Source: an uncultured Butyrivibrio sp. (lineage in GTDB: Bacteria; Bacillota; Clostridia; Lachnospirales; Lachnospiraceae). Taken from it: 64,000 nucleotides of DNA. The position numbers were made by a program, and so were the translations under genes. Positions 16,671 to 25,798 of the stretch are shown piece by piece (position 1 is the first letter of the stretch; every line of letters starts with the position of its first letter). Below the pieces are notes generated by a model. It did no database searches and was not told the origin of the DNA. It saw only the letters and a program-made list of their open reading frames with translations. The stretch lies in contig CAMVPU010000009.1 of assembly GCA_947169445.1 (NCBI GenBank), forward strand, positions 14,409 to 78,408. The letters run 5' to 3'.

Positions 16671-18884
16671 TCACTTTGCCTCGTACCAGTCAGTACCTAT
16701 ATGACACTCTGCCACCAGCGGCACTGAAAGCTTAGCTGCATTTTCCATTTCCGTGGTCAAAAGAGCTGTAACTATCTTAGTCTCATCCGGCGCGGTTTCT
16801 ATTACAAGTTCATCGTGAATCTGCAAAATAAGCTTTGACTTTAAGTTCTCTTTTTTGATTCTAAAGAAAACATTTATCATGGCGATTTTCATGATATCCG
16901 CTGCAGTTCCCTGTATTGGTGCATTCATAGCAACACGCTCGCCGAACTGTCTGATGTTGAAATTACTGTTTTTAAGCTCAGGAATAGGTCTTCTTCTACC
17001 AAACATGGTAAGACTGTAACCCTTTTGCTTGGCATCCAAAATAACTCTGTCCTGATATGCCTTAACACCTGGATAGGTCTCAAAATATTTATTCATATAG
17101 TCCTTAGCTTCACCAACAGAGATTGATAAATCCTGTGAAAGGCCAAAAGAACTGATTCCATAAACGATTCCAAAATTAACTGCCTTGGCATTACGTCTCT
17201 GAAGAGGAGTTACTTCCTCAAAAGGCACATGGAAAACCTTGGAAGCGGTAATACCATGAATATCTTTTCCCTCATGATAAGCATCGATAAGTCCCTGATC
17301 TTCCGACATATGTGCAAGAATCCTAAGCTCTATCTGCGAATAATCAGCATCTGCAAAGACATAGCCATCCTTTGGAACAAATACCTTTCTGATAAGTCTA
17401 CCCAGCTCTGTTCTCATAGGAATATTCTGAAGGTTAGGTTCGGTAGAACTGATTCGTCCTGTGGCAGTGATTGTCTGATTAAAGCTTGTATGAATTCTGC
17501 CATCCTCTTCTATGTAGTTAGCCAGACCGTCTGCATAGGTGGACTTCAATTTAGACAGGCCTCTATACTCCAAAATATCTGCCACAATTTTGTGCTCCGG
17601 AGCAAGTTTTTCAAGCACGTCTGCTGCTGTTGAATAACCGGATTTTGTCTTCTTTTCAGCTGGAAGTCCTAATCTCTCAAAAAGAATCTCACCCAGTTGT
17701 TTAGGAGAATTGATGTTAAACTCGCAGCCTGCCGCATCATAAATCTTTTTTTCCAGTTCAGTAATACGAACCTGCAGCTTGTCGCCATAGGCCTTTAACT
17801 CGTCGCTCTTTGCTATGATACCCTCTTTTTCCATAGAGAAAAGCACATAGGAAAGGGGCATTTCCACTTCGTAAAAAAGCTCTTCCATCTGATATTTAAC
17901 CAGATTCTTGCGGATAAGAGGCGCCGACTTCAAGAAAACGAAGGCACTTTTGCAGGCAAACTCATAAACAGTTTTTTCATCTGCTTCTGCAAGGCTCTTT
18001 TTTCCAAAAAGATCTGACTTTTTTTCCAAAGATAATCCCAAATACTCCTTGGCTATATCGCTTGGTTCATAGTCATTCTTATTGGGATTGACAAGATATG
18101 CACCAATCAGCGTATCGAAGCATCTTGGAACGTTTTTATAATCACTTTGTTCTTCTGCCTCGCCTGTATATCCATAATCTCGTTTTTCAAATTCATTGGG
18201 AGTAAATAAACGAAAGCTCTCTTTAATATCAAAAGTCACAAGAGATACCTGCTTACTTAATTCAGAAAGCTTCTTACCAAGATAATCTACGGTAATGAAA
18301 TTCTCGACAGGTATATAGATTCCTTCACTCTCATCAAAGCACAGTGCAAGGCCATGGATGTTTTTTTGCTTGCTGCTAGTAGTACTTTCTGTCATCAAAT
18401 AGAAAGCCACGTAGTTATTGGCAGCTTTTTTGCCATATTCGAGAGCTTTCCCAAAGATAGCCTCCACTTCATTCAAATCAGATGTACTTCTCATCATAAG
18501 AGTAAATGTAGCATTTTCATTCGCCTTACCAGTAGGAGAAAAAAGAGCCATTTTTTCCTTAAGTGCCGAAATAATATTGTCTTTATTCTGAATGGTGAAA
18601 GTTATTTTTTCGTCCTGGTCTGAAAGTTCTTCACCGCATACAGCCTTAATGGCATCAATAAAAAGTAAAACCTGCTCTTTTACCGCAGGTGTCAGTGACT
18701 CAAAGGTCTCTTTGTTTTTGATTAATGTAGCAGACTCAGGTACTTCTGTCTGCATAGTATTAGCAAGCTTGAACAACGCTCCATAGACGCCATTTACAAA
18801 GCGGCCTTCTGAATCAGAAAATACCGGCATGCTATAAAATGCATCACGAACATATTCATATAAGTTAATTGATAATGAACTCAA
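16671..18884 (-). CDS. polA: DNA polymerase I with degenerate, truncated 5'-3' nuclease domain
   Basis: Intact polymerase motifs A (DYSQIELR), B (RRNAKAVNFGIVYG) and C (QIHDEL), plus FNINSPKQL and TATGRISS. Only 737 aa. Confidence 0.92.
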   Translation of the reverse strand: MSSLSINLYEYVRDAFYSMPVFSDSEGRFVNGVYGALFKLANTMQTEVPESATLIKNKETFESLTPAVKEQVLLFIDAIKAVCGEELSDQDEKITFTIQNKDNIISALKEKMALFSPTGKANENATFTLMMRSTSDLNEVEAIFGKALEYGKKAANNYVAFYLMTESTTSSKQKNIHGLALCFDESEGIYIPVENFITVDYLGKKLSELSKQVSLVTFDIKESFRLFTPNEFEKRDYGYTGEAEEQSDYKNVPRCFDTLIGAYLVNPNKNDYEPSDIAKEYLGLSLEKKSDLFGKKSLAEADEKTVYEFACKSAFVFLKSAPLIRKNLVKYQMEELFYEVEMPLSYVLFSMEKEGIIAKSDELKAYGDKLQVRITELEKKIYDAAGCEFNINSPKQLGEILFERLGLPAEKKTKSGYSTAADVLEKLAPEHKIVADILEYRGLSKLKSTYADGLANYIEEDGRIHTSFNQTITATGRISSTEPNLQNIPMRTELGRLIRKVFVPKDGYVFADADYSQIELRILAHMSEDQGLIDAYHEGKDIHGITASKVFHVPFEEVTPLQRRNAKAVNFGIVYGISSFGLSQDLSISVGEAKDYMNKYFETYPGVKAYQDRVILDAKQKGYSLTMFGRRRPIPELKNSNFNIRQFGERVAMNAPIQGTAADIMKIAMINVFFRIKKENLKSKLILQIHDELVIETAPDETKIVTALLTTEMENAAKLSVPLVAECHIGTDWYEAK

Positions 18885-18900
18885 AGCTTATTCCTCTCAT

Positions 18901-19227
18901 TTATCCAATGGTAATCGCAAGAATTACAGTGATAGCAGCAAGTGCAACAACTACCAGTTCCAAAGCATTGCTGACATATACAAGGGTTCTCCTTGCATTT
19001 AATCTCCTTCTGGCTTCCAATAGCATCGCATCAAGCTCTTCCTTGAGATTAAAGGTATTTCCATCCTCAAGCCTCTGCATTCCGACCTTCACCAGAAACT
19101 GTATAGTCAGTTCCTCTCTGCACTCAGGGCAGTGATCTATGTGATTTAAGAAATCAGCCAGTTGCTGATTGTCAAGATCATCATCCAAAAACAAACCGAT
19201 AATCTTGTCTGCATCCTTACAAATCAT
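18901..19227 (-). CDS. zf-HC2 (ZAS) zinc-finger membrane protein, anti-sigma-like
   Basis: MxC...HIDHCPEC motif and a C-terminal TM helix. ATG 19227 follows GAAGGTG. Confidence 0.8.
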   Translation of the reverse strand: MICKDADKIIGLFLDDDLDNQQLADFLNHIDHCPECREELTIQFLVKVGMQRLEDGNTFNLKEELDAMLLEARRRLNARRTLVYVSNALELVVVALAAITVILAITIG

Positions 19228-19325
19228 ATTGTCACCTTCAATTGACACCAGAAACATCAAAAAATAAAATCACAATTCAATATATAGTATGCAAAAAAGT
19301 AAGAATTTTACACACATCTACAAAA

Positions 19326-19358
19326 TATAGTATAGCATATTGTAATCTAATAAAGCAA
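19326..19358 (-). promoter_or_regulatory. Putative sigma-A promoter for the zf-HC2/polA/coaE operon
   Basis: Minus strand TTGCTT ... TGCTATACT (extended -10). Confidence 0.5.
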
Positions 19359-19411
19359 AAGGCCAATTCCTACGGTTTACCAAATTTTTTAGCCGTAGGA
19401 ATTGACCCTTT
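19358..19411 (-). terminator. Terminator hairpin downstream of the MFS transporter gene
   Basis: GGCCAATTCCTACGGTT / AGCCGTAGGAATTGACC inverted repeat. Confidence 0.7.
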
Positions 19412-19455
19412 GATATATCTAAACGAGAGCAAATCATGCATAACCAAGGATATGA

Positions 19456-20856
19456 TTATTTCTTCAACTGTTCGATTCCACCAAGAATTCTCTTTTCGTC
19501 ATATCTAAAGAATATTACTGCTCCGATAAAGCAGGTAATAAAGGCAACAATTGCTGTCATACGATAGCTCTGTTTGGTCTGAGCCACTGTAAGTGATGTG
19601 AAGGTCACAAGTGCAAGTGCCTGTCCCATCTTGAATGCAAAGGTTCTTGCTGCAAAGAACATTCCGCTCCTGTCTTCTCCGGTCTCAAGTCTTGTAAGCT
19701 CTGCTACATCAGCAACGCAGGCCTGAGGAAGGATTCCAAGGATTGCCATTGGAATAGCTGCTGTTACAGCAATAATAAAGCCCCAGTGTACGCCAACTCC
19801 GCAGAAGGATGTGATTGCAAAAACTACGCAGTAAGCAAAGAATCCAATGATGATAAGGCTCTTTTTACCAATCTTCTTGGCAAGAATATTGATTACAGGA
19901 TACAGACAAACACTGATTCCGGTCATGGTGGCTGTAAGTGTAAAGGTCATTGTATCCGGAATCTCCATGAGCTTAGTCTCATAAAAAGCAAGTCCTGTCT
20001 GGAAAAGTGTAAGTGCAAAGAAATAGATAACATCACTATAAACAAAGTGTCTAAACTGTGCATTTGAGAAAGTCTGAGCAAGTGACTTAAATGGTCTTGT
20101 CTGACTTGGCTTACTCTCGATATAATCCCTTTCCTTGATATAAAATGCAGGGAACAGCATAGCAAGACAGGCAATAGCAGACATGATAGCTACCGCATAT
20201 CTGATTGAATTAGCCTGACCTACAGTTCCTACAAAAGCACCGGCCACATTTGGCAGAAGAAATGAAACGCTCTGACCAAGAATAAAAGTAAAGGAAATAA
20301 AGGTAGAAACATTTATCCTGTGCTGCTGAGTATCACCAAGCTCTGCAATAAGTGCATTATATGGAGTACAAAACATTGTCATGAACAGGTAAAATACCAT
20401 AAGCAAAATAAAAAGTGCAGTGTCATTAAAGCCGATACTTGCAGTCTGTGGAATAGTAAAAAGACCAATTGTGCAAAGTGCAAAAGGAACAGCCATAGCA
20501 CGCATAAATGGTATTCTTCTGCCGCCCTTATAATTACTTCTGTCTGACCAGCCTGCAATAAGCGGATCTGTGATAGCATCGAAGATTCTTCCTGCTGCAA
20601 GAACAAGGCCAAACAATGTGAGCTTAAACAGAATCGGTTCCTGTGTGATTCCGGTTGCAAAAAGACCTGTGTTTGGATTCTGTGCATCAGGGCTTCCTGT
20701 GTAATAATATACCATCCAGTTTGATACTATTCCGGATAGAAGGCTCCATCCAAACTGCCCCAGGGCAAATATCCATAATAACTTATTAGTAATAGGTTTT
20801 AACTGTTTCATACGTTTCTCTCTCGCTCCTCCTGACAATTTCATTTTAGATTCCAT
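19456..20856 (-). CDS. MFS transporter, GPH/MelB-like sugar:cation symporter
   Basis: About 12 TMs; GRIFDAITDPLIAGWSDR, GRRIPF, PYNALIAEL and ADVAE...TGEDRSG motifs. Start overlaps the upstream stop (TAATG) and has an AAGGAGG RBS. Confidence 0.9.
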   Translation of the reverse strand: MESKMKLSGGAREKRMKQLKPITNKLLWIFALGQFGWSLLSGIVSNWMVYYYTGSPDAQNPNTGLFATGITQEPILFKLTLFGLVLAAGRIFDAITDPLIAGWSDRSNYKGGRRIPFMRAMAVPFALCTIGLFTIPQTASIGFNDTALFILLMVFYLFMTMFCTPYNALIAELGDTQQHRINVSTFISFTFILGQSVSFLLPNVAGAFVGTVGQANSIRYAVAIMSAIACLAMLFPAFYIKERDYIESKPSQTRPFKSLAQTFSNAQFRHFVYSDVIYFFALTLFQTGLAFYETKLMEIPDTMTFTLTATMTGISVCLYPVINILAKKIGKKSLIIIGFFAYCVVFAITSFCGVGVHWGFIIAVTAAIPMAILGILPQACVADVAELTRLETGEDRSGMFFAARTFAFKMGQALALVTFTSLTVAQTKQSYRMTAIVAFITCFIGAVIFFRYDEKRILGGIEQLKK

Positions 20857-22331
20857 TATTTGTTACCCTCCTTGAGCCCCATAGCTAGTTCTACTACTTT
20901 TCTCGCCCCATCATAAATACCCATGTTCTTGTTAAGAACGATAGATTCACACATTTCATCCAAAAGTCTTGTGTTTAAGAACTGATCAAGCATCTGGATT
21001 GTATGTGGAATATCTCTGCACTCAAGTGTTCCATCTCCTATCTCTGCTGAGTGGATGGCTCCCCACATTTCGTGCTTACCAACTCTCTTGATGAAGAGCT
21101 TAGGTACCGGATAGAAAGCAAGCTCACTTGGTTTGGTAACCAGTACATCGCAGCTTCTCATAAGTAAATTGGTTGTATATACTGCCTCAAAGATATCCTT
21201 GTGATAAAAGCCGTGGATACCTGTGATCTCTTCGTTTGGATCAAGTGCTTTTTCTGTAAACTTAAGTGTGTCTTCCCAATTGTCCATGTGTTCTGTCTTA
21301 AGAGCAGCCATGTCCAGAATCTCTGATATAAGCTGATCCCATACATTTCTGTAATCACCAACGTTTACGTAAAGTACAGCTTCATTTTTCTTGATATATG
21401 GAATAAGGTATTTGATAATCTCTGCAAAGATTTCCTTCTGTGCACCGGCTCCACCTATAGTGAGGAGGAAACGCATTGCTTTACCATTCTTTTTCCTGTT
21501 AAGTCTTGCTTCGCAGTCTTTTTCAATGTTGCTGACAAGCTCATAATCGATGTAATGACCTGTATAAACAAGGGAATCCTGTGGCATAGGCTCGCATACG
21601 GTCTTCTTATTCATGCCATTTAATATACGATATCCCATGTATGCATTCTTACACTGGATTGTATGAACGCTGCCTTCCGATAAATGAAGGGCCATAGGCC
21701 AGTTATCCGGAATTGCATTTACTACATACTTCATTCCTGCATGTATAGCAGCCTGAGCAGGCCATACATGAGTTGCGATCACCGGAATATCCTTAGGTAC
21801 ATTCTTGTATACAGGTGCCATCAGCTCTGCATTCTTCTGGTCGCTTGAATTATAAGTAAGTGCTCTGAAGCCTTCGTAGTTAGTAGGCTCCCAAACAAGC
21901 TTGTTAAAAATTGGATTCTTGGAAAGTCTTGATCCAAGAGAATAAAGATCATTCTGATGTCCAATCACCTTAGTACATGTGGTCTCAGGATATGAATTAA
22001 GATCCATCCAATATGGAATATATCCTAAATGATGAGCATAGGAAGCCATAGCCATTGATATACGATAGTGTCCAAAGCCCATTCTGATATTTCCTACAAT
22101 GATACCCTTCTGTGTATCCATTGTCTTATCTGAAGTTACCTTGGTAGACACTTCAATATTCTCAACTCCAAGAAGTGGTCCTATTACCTTATTCTCAGTA
22201 ACATTTGCCTTGTAATCACATGATGAATCATCACCATATTTCTTGATGTAGTTCTTCTTAGATTTCAGTGCCTTGTTATAATCTCTGTCGCTGATTCTGT
22301 TTCCAAAAATCACTCTTGATTTATCGTTCAT
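20856..22331 (-). CDS. Uncharacterised GT-B-fold protein resembling MGDG synthase/GT28
   Basis: RMGFGH, ATHVWP, LTIGGAG and LMRSCDVLVTKPSEL echo the GGGH...DLIITKPG motifs of UgtP/MGDG synthases. Confidence 0.55.
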   Translation of the reverse strand: MNDKSRVIFGNRISDRDYNKALKSKKNYIKKYGDDSSCDYKANVTENKVIGPLLGVENIEVSTKVTSDKTMDTQKGIIVGNIRMGFGHYRISMAMASYAHHLGYIPYWMDLNSYPETTCTKVIGHQNDLYSLGSRLSKNPIFNKLVWEPTNYEGFRALTYNSSDQKNAELMAPVYKNVPKDIPVIATHVWPAQAAIHAGMKYVVNAIPDNWPMALHLSEGSVHTIQCKNAYMGYRILNGMNKKTVCEPMPQDSLVYTGHYIDYELVSNIEKDCEARLNRKKNGKAMRFLLTIGGAGAQKEIFAEIIKYLIPYIKKNEAVLYVNVGDYRNVWDQLISEILDMAALKTEHMDNWEDTLKFTEKALDPNEEITGIHGFYHKDIFEAVYTTNLLMRSCDVLVTKPSELAFYPVPKLFIKRVGKHEMWGAIHSAEIGDGTLECRDIPHTIQMLDQFLNTRLLDEMCESIVLNKNMGIYDGARKVVELAMGLKEGNK

Positions 22332-22422
22332 TCCTCTTCCATTCTGTCAGAATTTAAGATGAATGCTGATAAAAAAAAATGCACGCTCATCTCTCACTGA
22401 CTTCAAAACAACTTTTTTGCCC

Positions 22423-22516
22423 GTGGAAACGAAAATGATATATTTTAGTTTCCACTAGAATAATATCATTTTCCGCGTCAATACTGCAAGAAACGCTTTT
22501 TACAAATTTCGTTTCC
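22423..22516. promoter_or_regulatory. Cluster of GGAAACnAAA operator-like sites upstream of the GT-B/MFS operon
   Basis: GTGGAAAC (22423) / GTTTCCAC (22448) inverted repeat; GAAACGCTTT at 22490; TTTCGTTTCC at 22507 is the exact reverse complement of 22425-22434. Confidence 0.55.
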
Positions 22517-22546
22517 TGCTTTTGTGCATTTTTACTTATTCGATTA

Positions 22547-23629
22547 TCACACTACTGAAATAATGGATATTTCTCTTTTCTTGGCAAGATCAATATACTG
22601 TTCACCGCACTTTACAAGAGGCCTTGCCAGGTGATCCGGGTTAATAAAAATAATATCACCAACCTGTCCGGTACTAAGCATGACTCTGTTTGCAATAAAA
22701 GTATTTATTATGTTAGACAAAAAAGGAAAGATAACCTTTGGATTGAATTTATCGATTCCTTCTTTTTCAAAGAGTTCAATGACAGTAAATGGGCAGAAAG
22801 CTTCCCTGAATTCTCTTCTGCAGGTCATTTCATCATAAACATTTGCCACACATACTATAGAAGCAAGATCATCGATTTTCTCATTTCTAAGCGCCAGAGG
22901 ATAGCCTGAGCCATCACGCATTTCATGGTGCATCAGGATACAGTTTCTTATTCGTGTATCAATATTCTTTTTCTGGACAAGGCCATACCCCTTAGTGACA
23001 TGAGTTTTCATTATCTTCTGCTCATCAGGGGTAAGCGGAGTCTTTTTATTTATGATTTCAGGAGGAAGCAGCATTTTCCCAATGTCATGCAAAAGACCTC
23101 CTGCAGTAGCCAGATATATTTCCTCCTCAGAAAGTCGCATCCAGGTCGCAATAGTATTGCTGATAAGTGAAACATTCAGTGAGTGCATAAATATCGCGTC
23201 GCTGTTATCTCTCATATTATGGAGCATATCGAAAATGCCAGCACTGCCGCCAGCCTCCACGAATAATTTGAAGACCGGTTCTGTCAGTTTATCAACATCA
23301 AGAGGCATGGTGTCATTGGCTATCATCCTAAAAGATTCTTCAAGTCTCTCGGCGTTTTCTTCGACGTGTTGTTTAAACTTGATAAACTCCTCTGTATTCC
23401 TCAGCCTCTCATTATAGGACAGATCTTTAAGCAGAAGTTCTTCATCAGGGATTACGTCCTGTTTTTCGTCTTCAACAAAGATATTATAGAGGGAATGCGC
23501 TTTAATTCGCTCGATGGATTTTTCGTCGAGGACTGTGCCTTTAGTCAGCACAAGACGATCATCTATGGTGTAGATGTTCTCAGATACAACAAAACCAGGT
23601 TCAAGTTTATCAACAGAAACAAGTTTCAT
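22547..23629 (-). CDS. HD-GYP domain c-di-GMP phosphodiesterase (cytoplasmic)
   Basis: HSLNV, LHDIGK and HHEMRDGSGYP motifs. Confidence 0.9.
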   Translation of the reverse strand: MKLVSVDKLEPGFVVSENIYTIDDRLVLTKGTVLDEKSIERIKAHSLYNIFVEDEKQDVIPDEELLLKDLSYNERLRNTEEFIKFKQHVEENAERLEESFRMIANDTMPLDVDKLTEPVFKLFVEAGGSAGIFDMLHNMRDNSDAIFMHSLNVSLISNTIATWMRLSEEEIYLATAGGLLHDIGKMLLPPEIINKKTPLTPDEQKIMKTHVTKGYGLVQKKNIDTRIRNCILMHHEMRDGSGYPLALRNEKIDDLASIVCVANVYDEMTCRREFREAFCPFTVIELFEKEGIDKFNPKVIFPFLSNIINTFIANRVMLSTGQVGDIIFINPDHLARPLVKCGEQYIDLAKKREISIISVV

Positions 23630-23693
23630 ATTGTCTACCTATCCGCCAACAATAATACATTATTACGATTATATTATAACACTTTTTAGGCAG

Positions 23694-23725
23694 AAAAAAA
23701 GCTCTTAACCAAGCGGTTAAGAGCT
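23694..23725 (-). terminator. Intrinsic terminator after the tRNA
   Basis: AGCTCTTAACC-AAGC-GGTTAAGAGCT perfect stem followed by T7 on the minus strand. Confidence 0.85.
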
Positions 23726-23727
23726 AG

Positions 23728-23810
23728 TGCCGGCAGTGGGACTTGAACCCACACGTGGTTGCCCACAACAGATTTTGAGTCTGCATCGTCTGCCATTCCG
23801 ACATGCCGGC
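23728..23810 (-). tRNA. tRNA-Leu (anticodon CAA), CCA not encoded
   Basis: Minus strand GCCGGCA...GCAGA-CT-CAA-AA-TCTGT, long variable arm, GGGTTCAAGTCCC T-arm, ending TGCCGGC-A. Confidence 0.97.
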
Positions 23811-23888
23811 GAATGCAAAGCTGCAGGTCCTGTGACGTACAGCTTTTTTAATATACCACAGATATTTAGTATATTCAAGAACAAATAT

Positions 23889-24617
23889 TTATTTTATGGA
23901 AGGGCCACTGAAGCTGTTTTTCACCGCTTCGTAGGATTTCATATCACCGATATCGTGGCGTTTTCCGGGCATCACATAGGCATGCATTGGTGTGATCCTG
24001 CTAAGCCATGCAGCATAGGAGCCGGGAGCATCAGGATTACATCCGTCTTCAAGAGCTTTTCCAATACGCACTATATCCTCTTTTGTATAGTAATAAAATG
24101 GCGGAACCGCGTGATTTCCCTTTGGATTTACAGGCTTTTCCTCGTAGGATAAGATCAGATTATCAGCGTTCATCTCAATTACCGCCGTCTTCTGAAGTGC
24201 TTCCAATCTGTTCTCTTCGTGGCACATTACACAGGACGTGCCTTTTTTTCTTGCAAATTGTATAAAAGGAACAAGACTAAAATCAAGAACATTGTCACCT
24301 GCCATAACCAGAAAATCATCTTTCCTGTCACCCACAGCAAGCTGCAGATCTCTTACTGCGCCAAGTCTTGTTTCATTAGTGCTGGTGCCATCATCTATGA
24401 TGGTGATTTTCTCAGGTCTTGTCTCTTTCCACTTTTCAAAATGAGATGCAAATTTATGATTAGATACCACCAGAAACTCTTCTATCTCATCTGCGATATC
24501 TTCAATAAGCCAGTCAAGGATAGGCTTACCTCCGACCTCTAAAAGAGGCTTGGGAAAATTCTCAGTAAGCGGATATAATCTGGTAGCATATCCAGCCGCT
24601 AAAATAATACATTTCAT
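23889..24617 (-). CDS. Sugar-1-phosphate nucleotidyltransferase
   Basis: ILAAGYATRLYPLT..PKPLL, AGDN, EEKP and DIG motifs. ATGA overlap with the upstream kinase. Confidence 0.9.
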   Translation of the reverse strand: MKCIILAAGYATRLYPLTENFPKPLLEVGGKPILDWLIEDIADEIEEFLVVSNHKFASHFEKWKETRPEKITIIDDGTSTNETRLGAVRDLQLAVGDRKDDFLVMAGDNVLDFSLVPFIQFARKKGTSCVMCHEENRLEALQKTAVIEMNADNLILSYEEKPVNPKGNHAVPPFYYYTKEDIVRIGKALEDGCNPDAPGSYAAWLSRITPMHAYVMPGKRHDIGDMKSYEAVKNSFSGPSIK

Positions 24618-25792
24618 AAACTAACCCCCACTCCATCAGCTGACTTACAAATAGCAGCCATATATTTTCCATCCAGTTCCGGATAGAGCTTTAAATAGCT
24701 CTCTCCAACATTTCTTAAAACTTCTTCTGTTTTAGAAGGATCTATAAACGCCATACAGCAGCCCTTAAAGCCGGCTCCCGAAAATCTTCCGCCATAGATT
24801 CCATCTGTCTTTGACATGATCTCATATAGAGAAATAAGCTCAGGACATCCGCACTCATAATTCTCGATGCTGCTTTTGCCCGATTCAAAAATAAGTCTGC
24901 CGTACTCTTCAAGATCGCCGCTCTCCCAAGCCTTGGCACCAAGCTGTGCCCGTTCAAATTCTCCAAAATAGTGAACAGCTCTTTTACGGAAATTCTCAGG
25001 AAGTCTGTCTTTATACTCTTCAAACACTTCCACAGGAACATCACGAAGTCTGGCATTTTCAAACTTGCCATATTCAATTCCTGAATATGCCATAAGACCG
25101 TAAGCTGCTGCCTTGCATTCATCCTGTCTGAGGTTATATGCACTGTTAGCCAGTGATCTCTCAAGACCGCTGAAGAATACTGCAATATCAAAGGGCTTCA
25201 TCTTAGAGTTTTTGGGAATAAGAGAAAAGCTGTCATCCTTGCAATCAAGGTAAAGAAGCTGATCCTTTTGACATAAGACCTCACAGGCCTGATCCAGCTT
25301 ACCGCAATTAACTCCAACATACTCATTCTCAGCTTTTTTGGCCATCATAATGAGTTCCCACTCACTTAGTCTGATATTGTTTAGCTTAGTAAGTGCTGAC
25401 AAAAAAGCGATGATAACTGCAGCAGATGAGGATAACCCACCTACAGGAAGCGTTCCTTCTATGACAGCGCTCATTCCGACTCTTAGCGGATATTTCTCGG
25501 AAAGCATCTTGGCTGCGCCTCTTAAGTGATCAGCCCAGTCACCAGCCTTCTCATCCGGAATAGAACTCACATGAAACTGTGCTCTCTTAGGGAAGTTAAG
25601 ACTCTGCAGCTCTACAACTCCGTTTTCCTTATGTCCATAAGCTATATGAATTCCCTTATCTATAGCAAGACCATTTATCTTGCCAAACTGGTGATCAATG
25701 TGTGCCCCCAAAGGAGAAATACGATATGGACAAAAGGCCATATTCTCCGGATCACGATTATACAGTTCTTTGTATTTGTCCTCACAACGCAT
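24614..25792 (-). CDS. GHMP-family sugar kinase, galacturonokinase-like
   Basis: PYRISPLGAHIDHQ, GGLSSSAA, CGKLDQ, YNLRQDEC, SSIENYECG and GGRFSGAGFKGCC motifs. Confidence 0.85.
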   Translation of the reverse strand: MRCEDKYKELYNRDPENMAFCPYRISPLGAHIDHQFGKINGLAIDKGIHIAYGHKENGVVELQSLNFPKRAQFHVSSIPDEKAGDWADHLRGAAKMLSEKYPLRVGMSAVIEGTLPVGGLSSSAAVIIAFLSALTKLNNIRLSEWELIMMAKKAENEYVGVNCGKLDQACEVLCQKDQLLYLDCKDDSFSLIPKNSKMKPFDIAVFFSGLERSLANSAYNLRQDECKAAAYGLMAYSGIEYGKFENARLRDVPVEVFEEYKDRLPENFRKRAVHYFGEFERAQLGAKAWESGDLEEYGRLIFESGKSSIENYECGCPELISLYEIMSKTDGIYGGRFSGAGFKGCCMAFIDPSKTEEVLRNVGESYLKLYPELDGKYMAAICKSADGVGVSL

Positions 25793-25798
25793 GTATGA

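Noticed and set aside
16671..19227. polA as a frameshifted or split pseudogene
   Set aside because: The frame is continuous with an RBS, a remnant of the true N-terminus is at the start, and the upstream ORF is an unrelated zinc-finger protein.
23694..23810. tRNA-Leu as the integration site of a genomic island
   Set aside because: No integrase, no duplicated tRNA 3' end seen, and the native terminator follows directly.
23727..24152. 141-aa plus-strand ORF beginning MPAVGLEPT
   Set aside because: It is the antisense translation of tRNA-Leu and of the nucleotidyltransferase 3' end.
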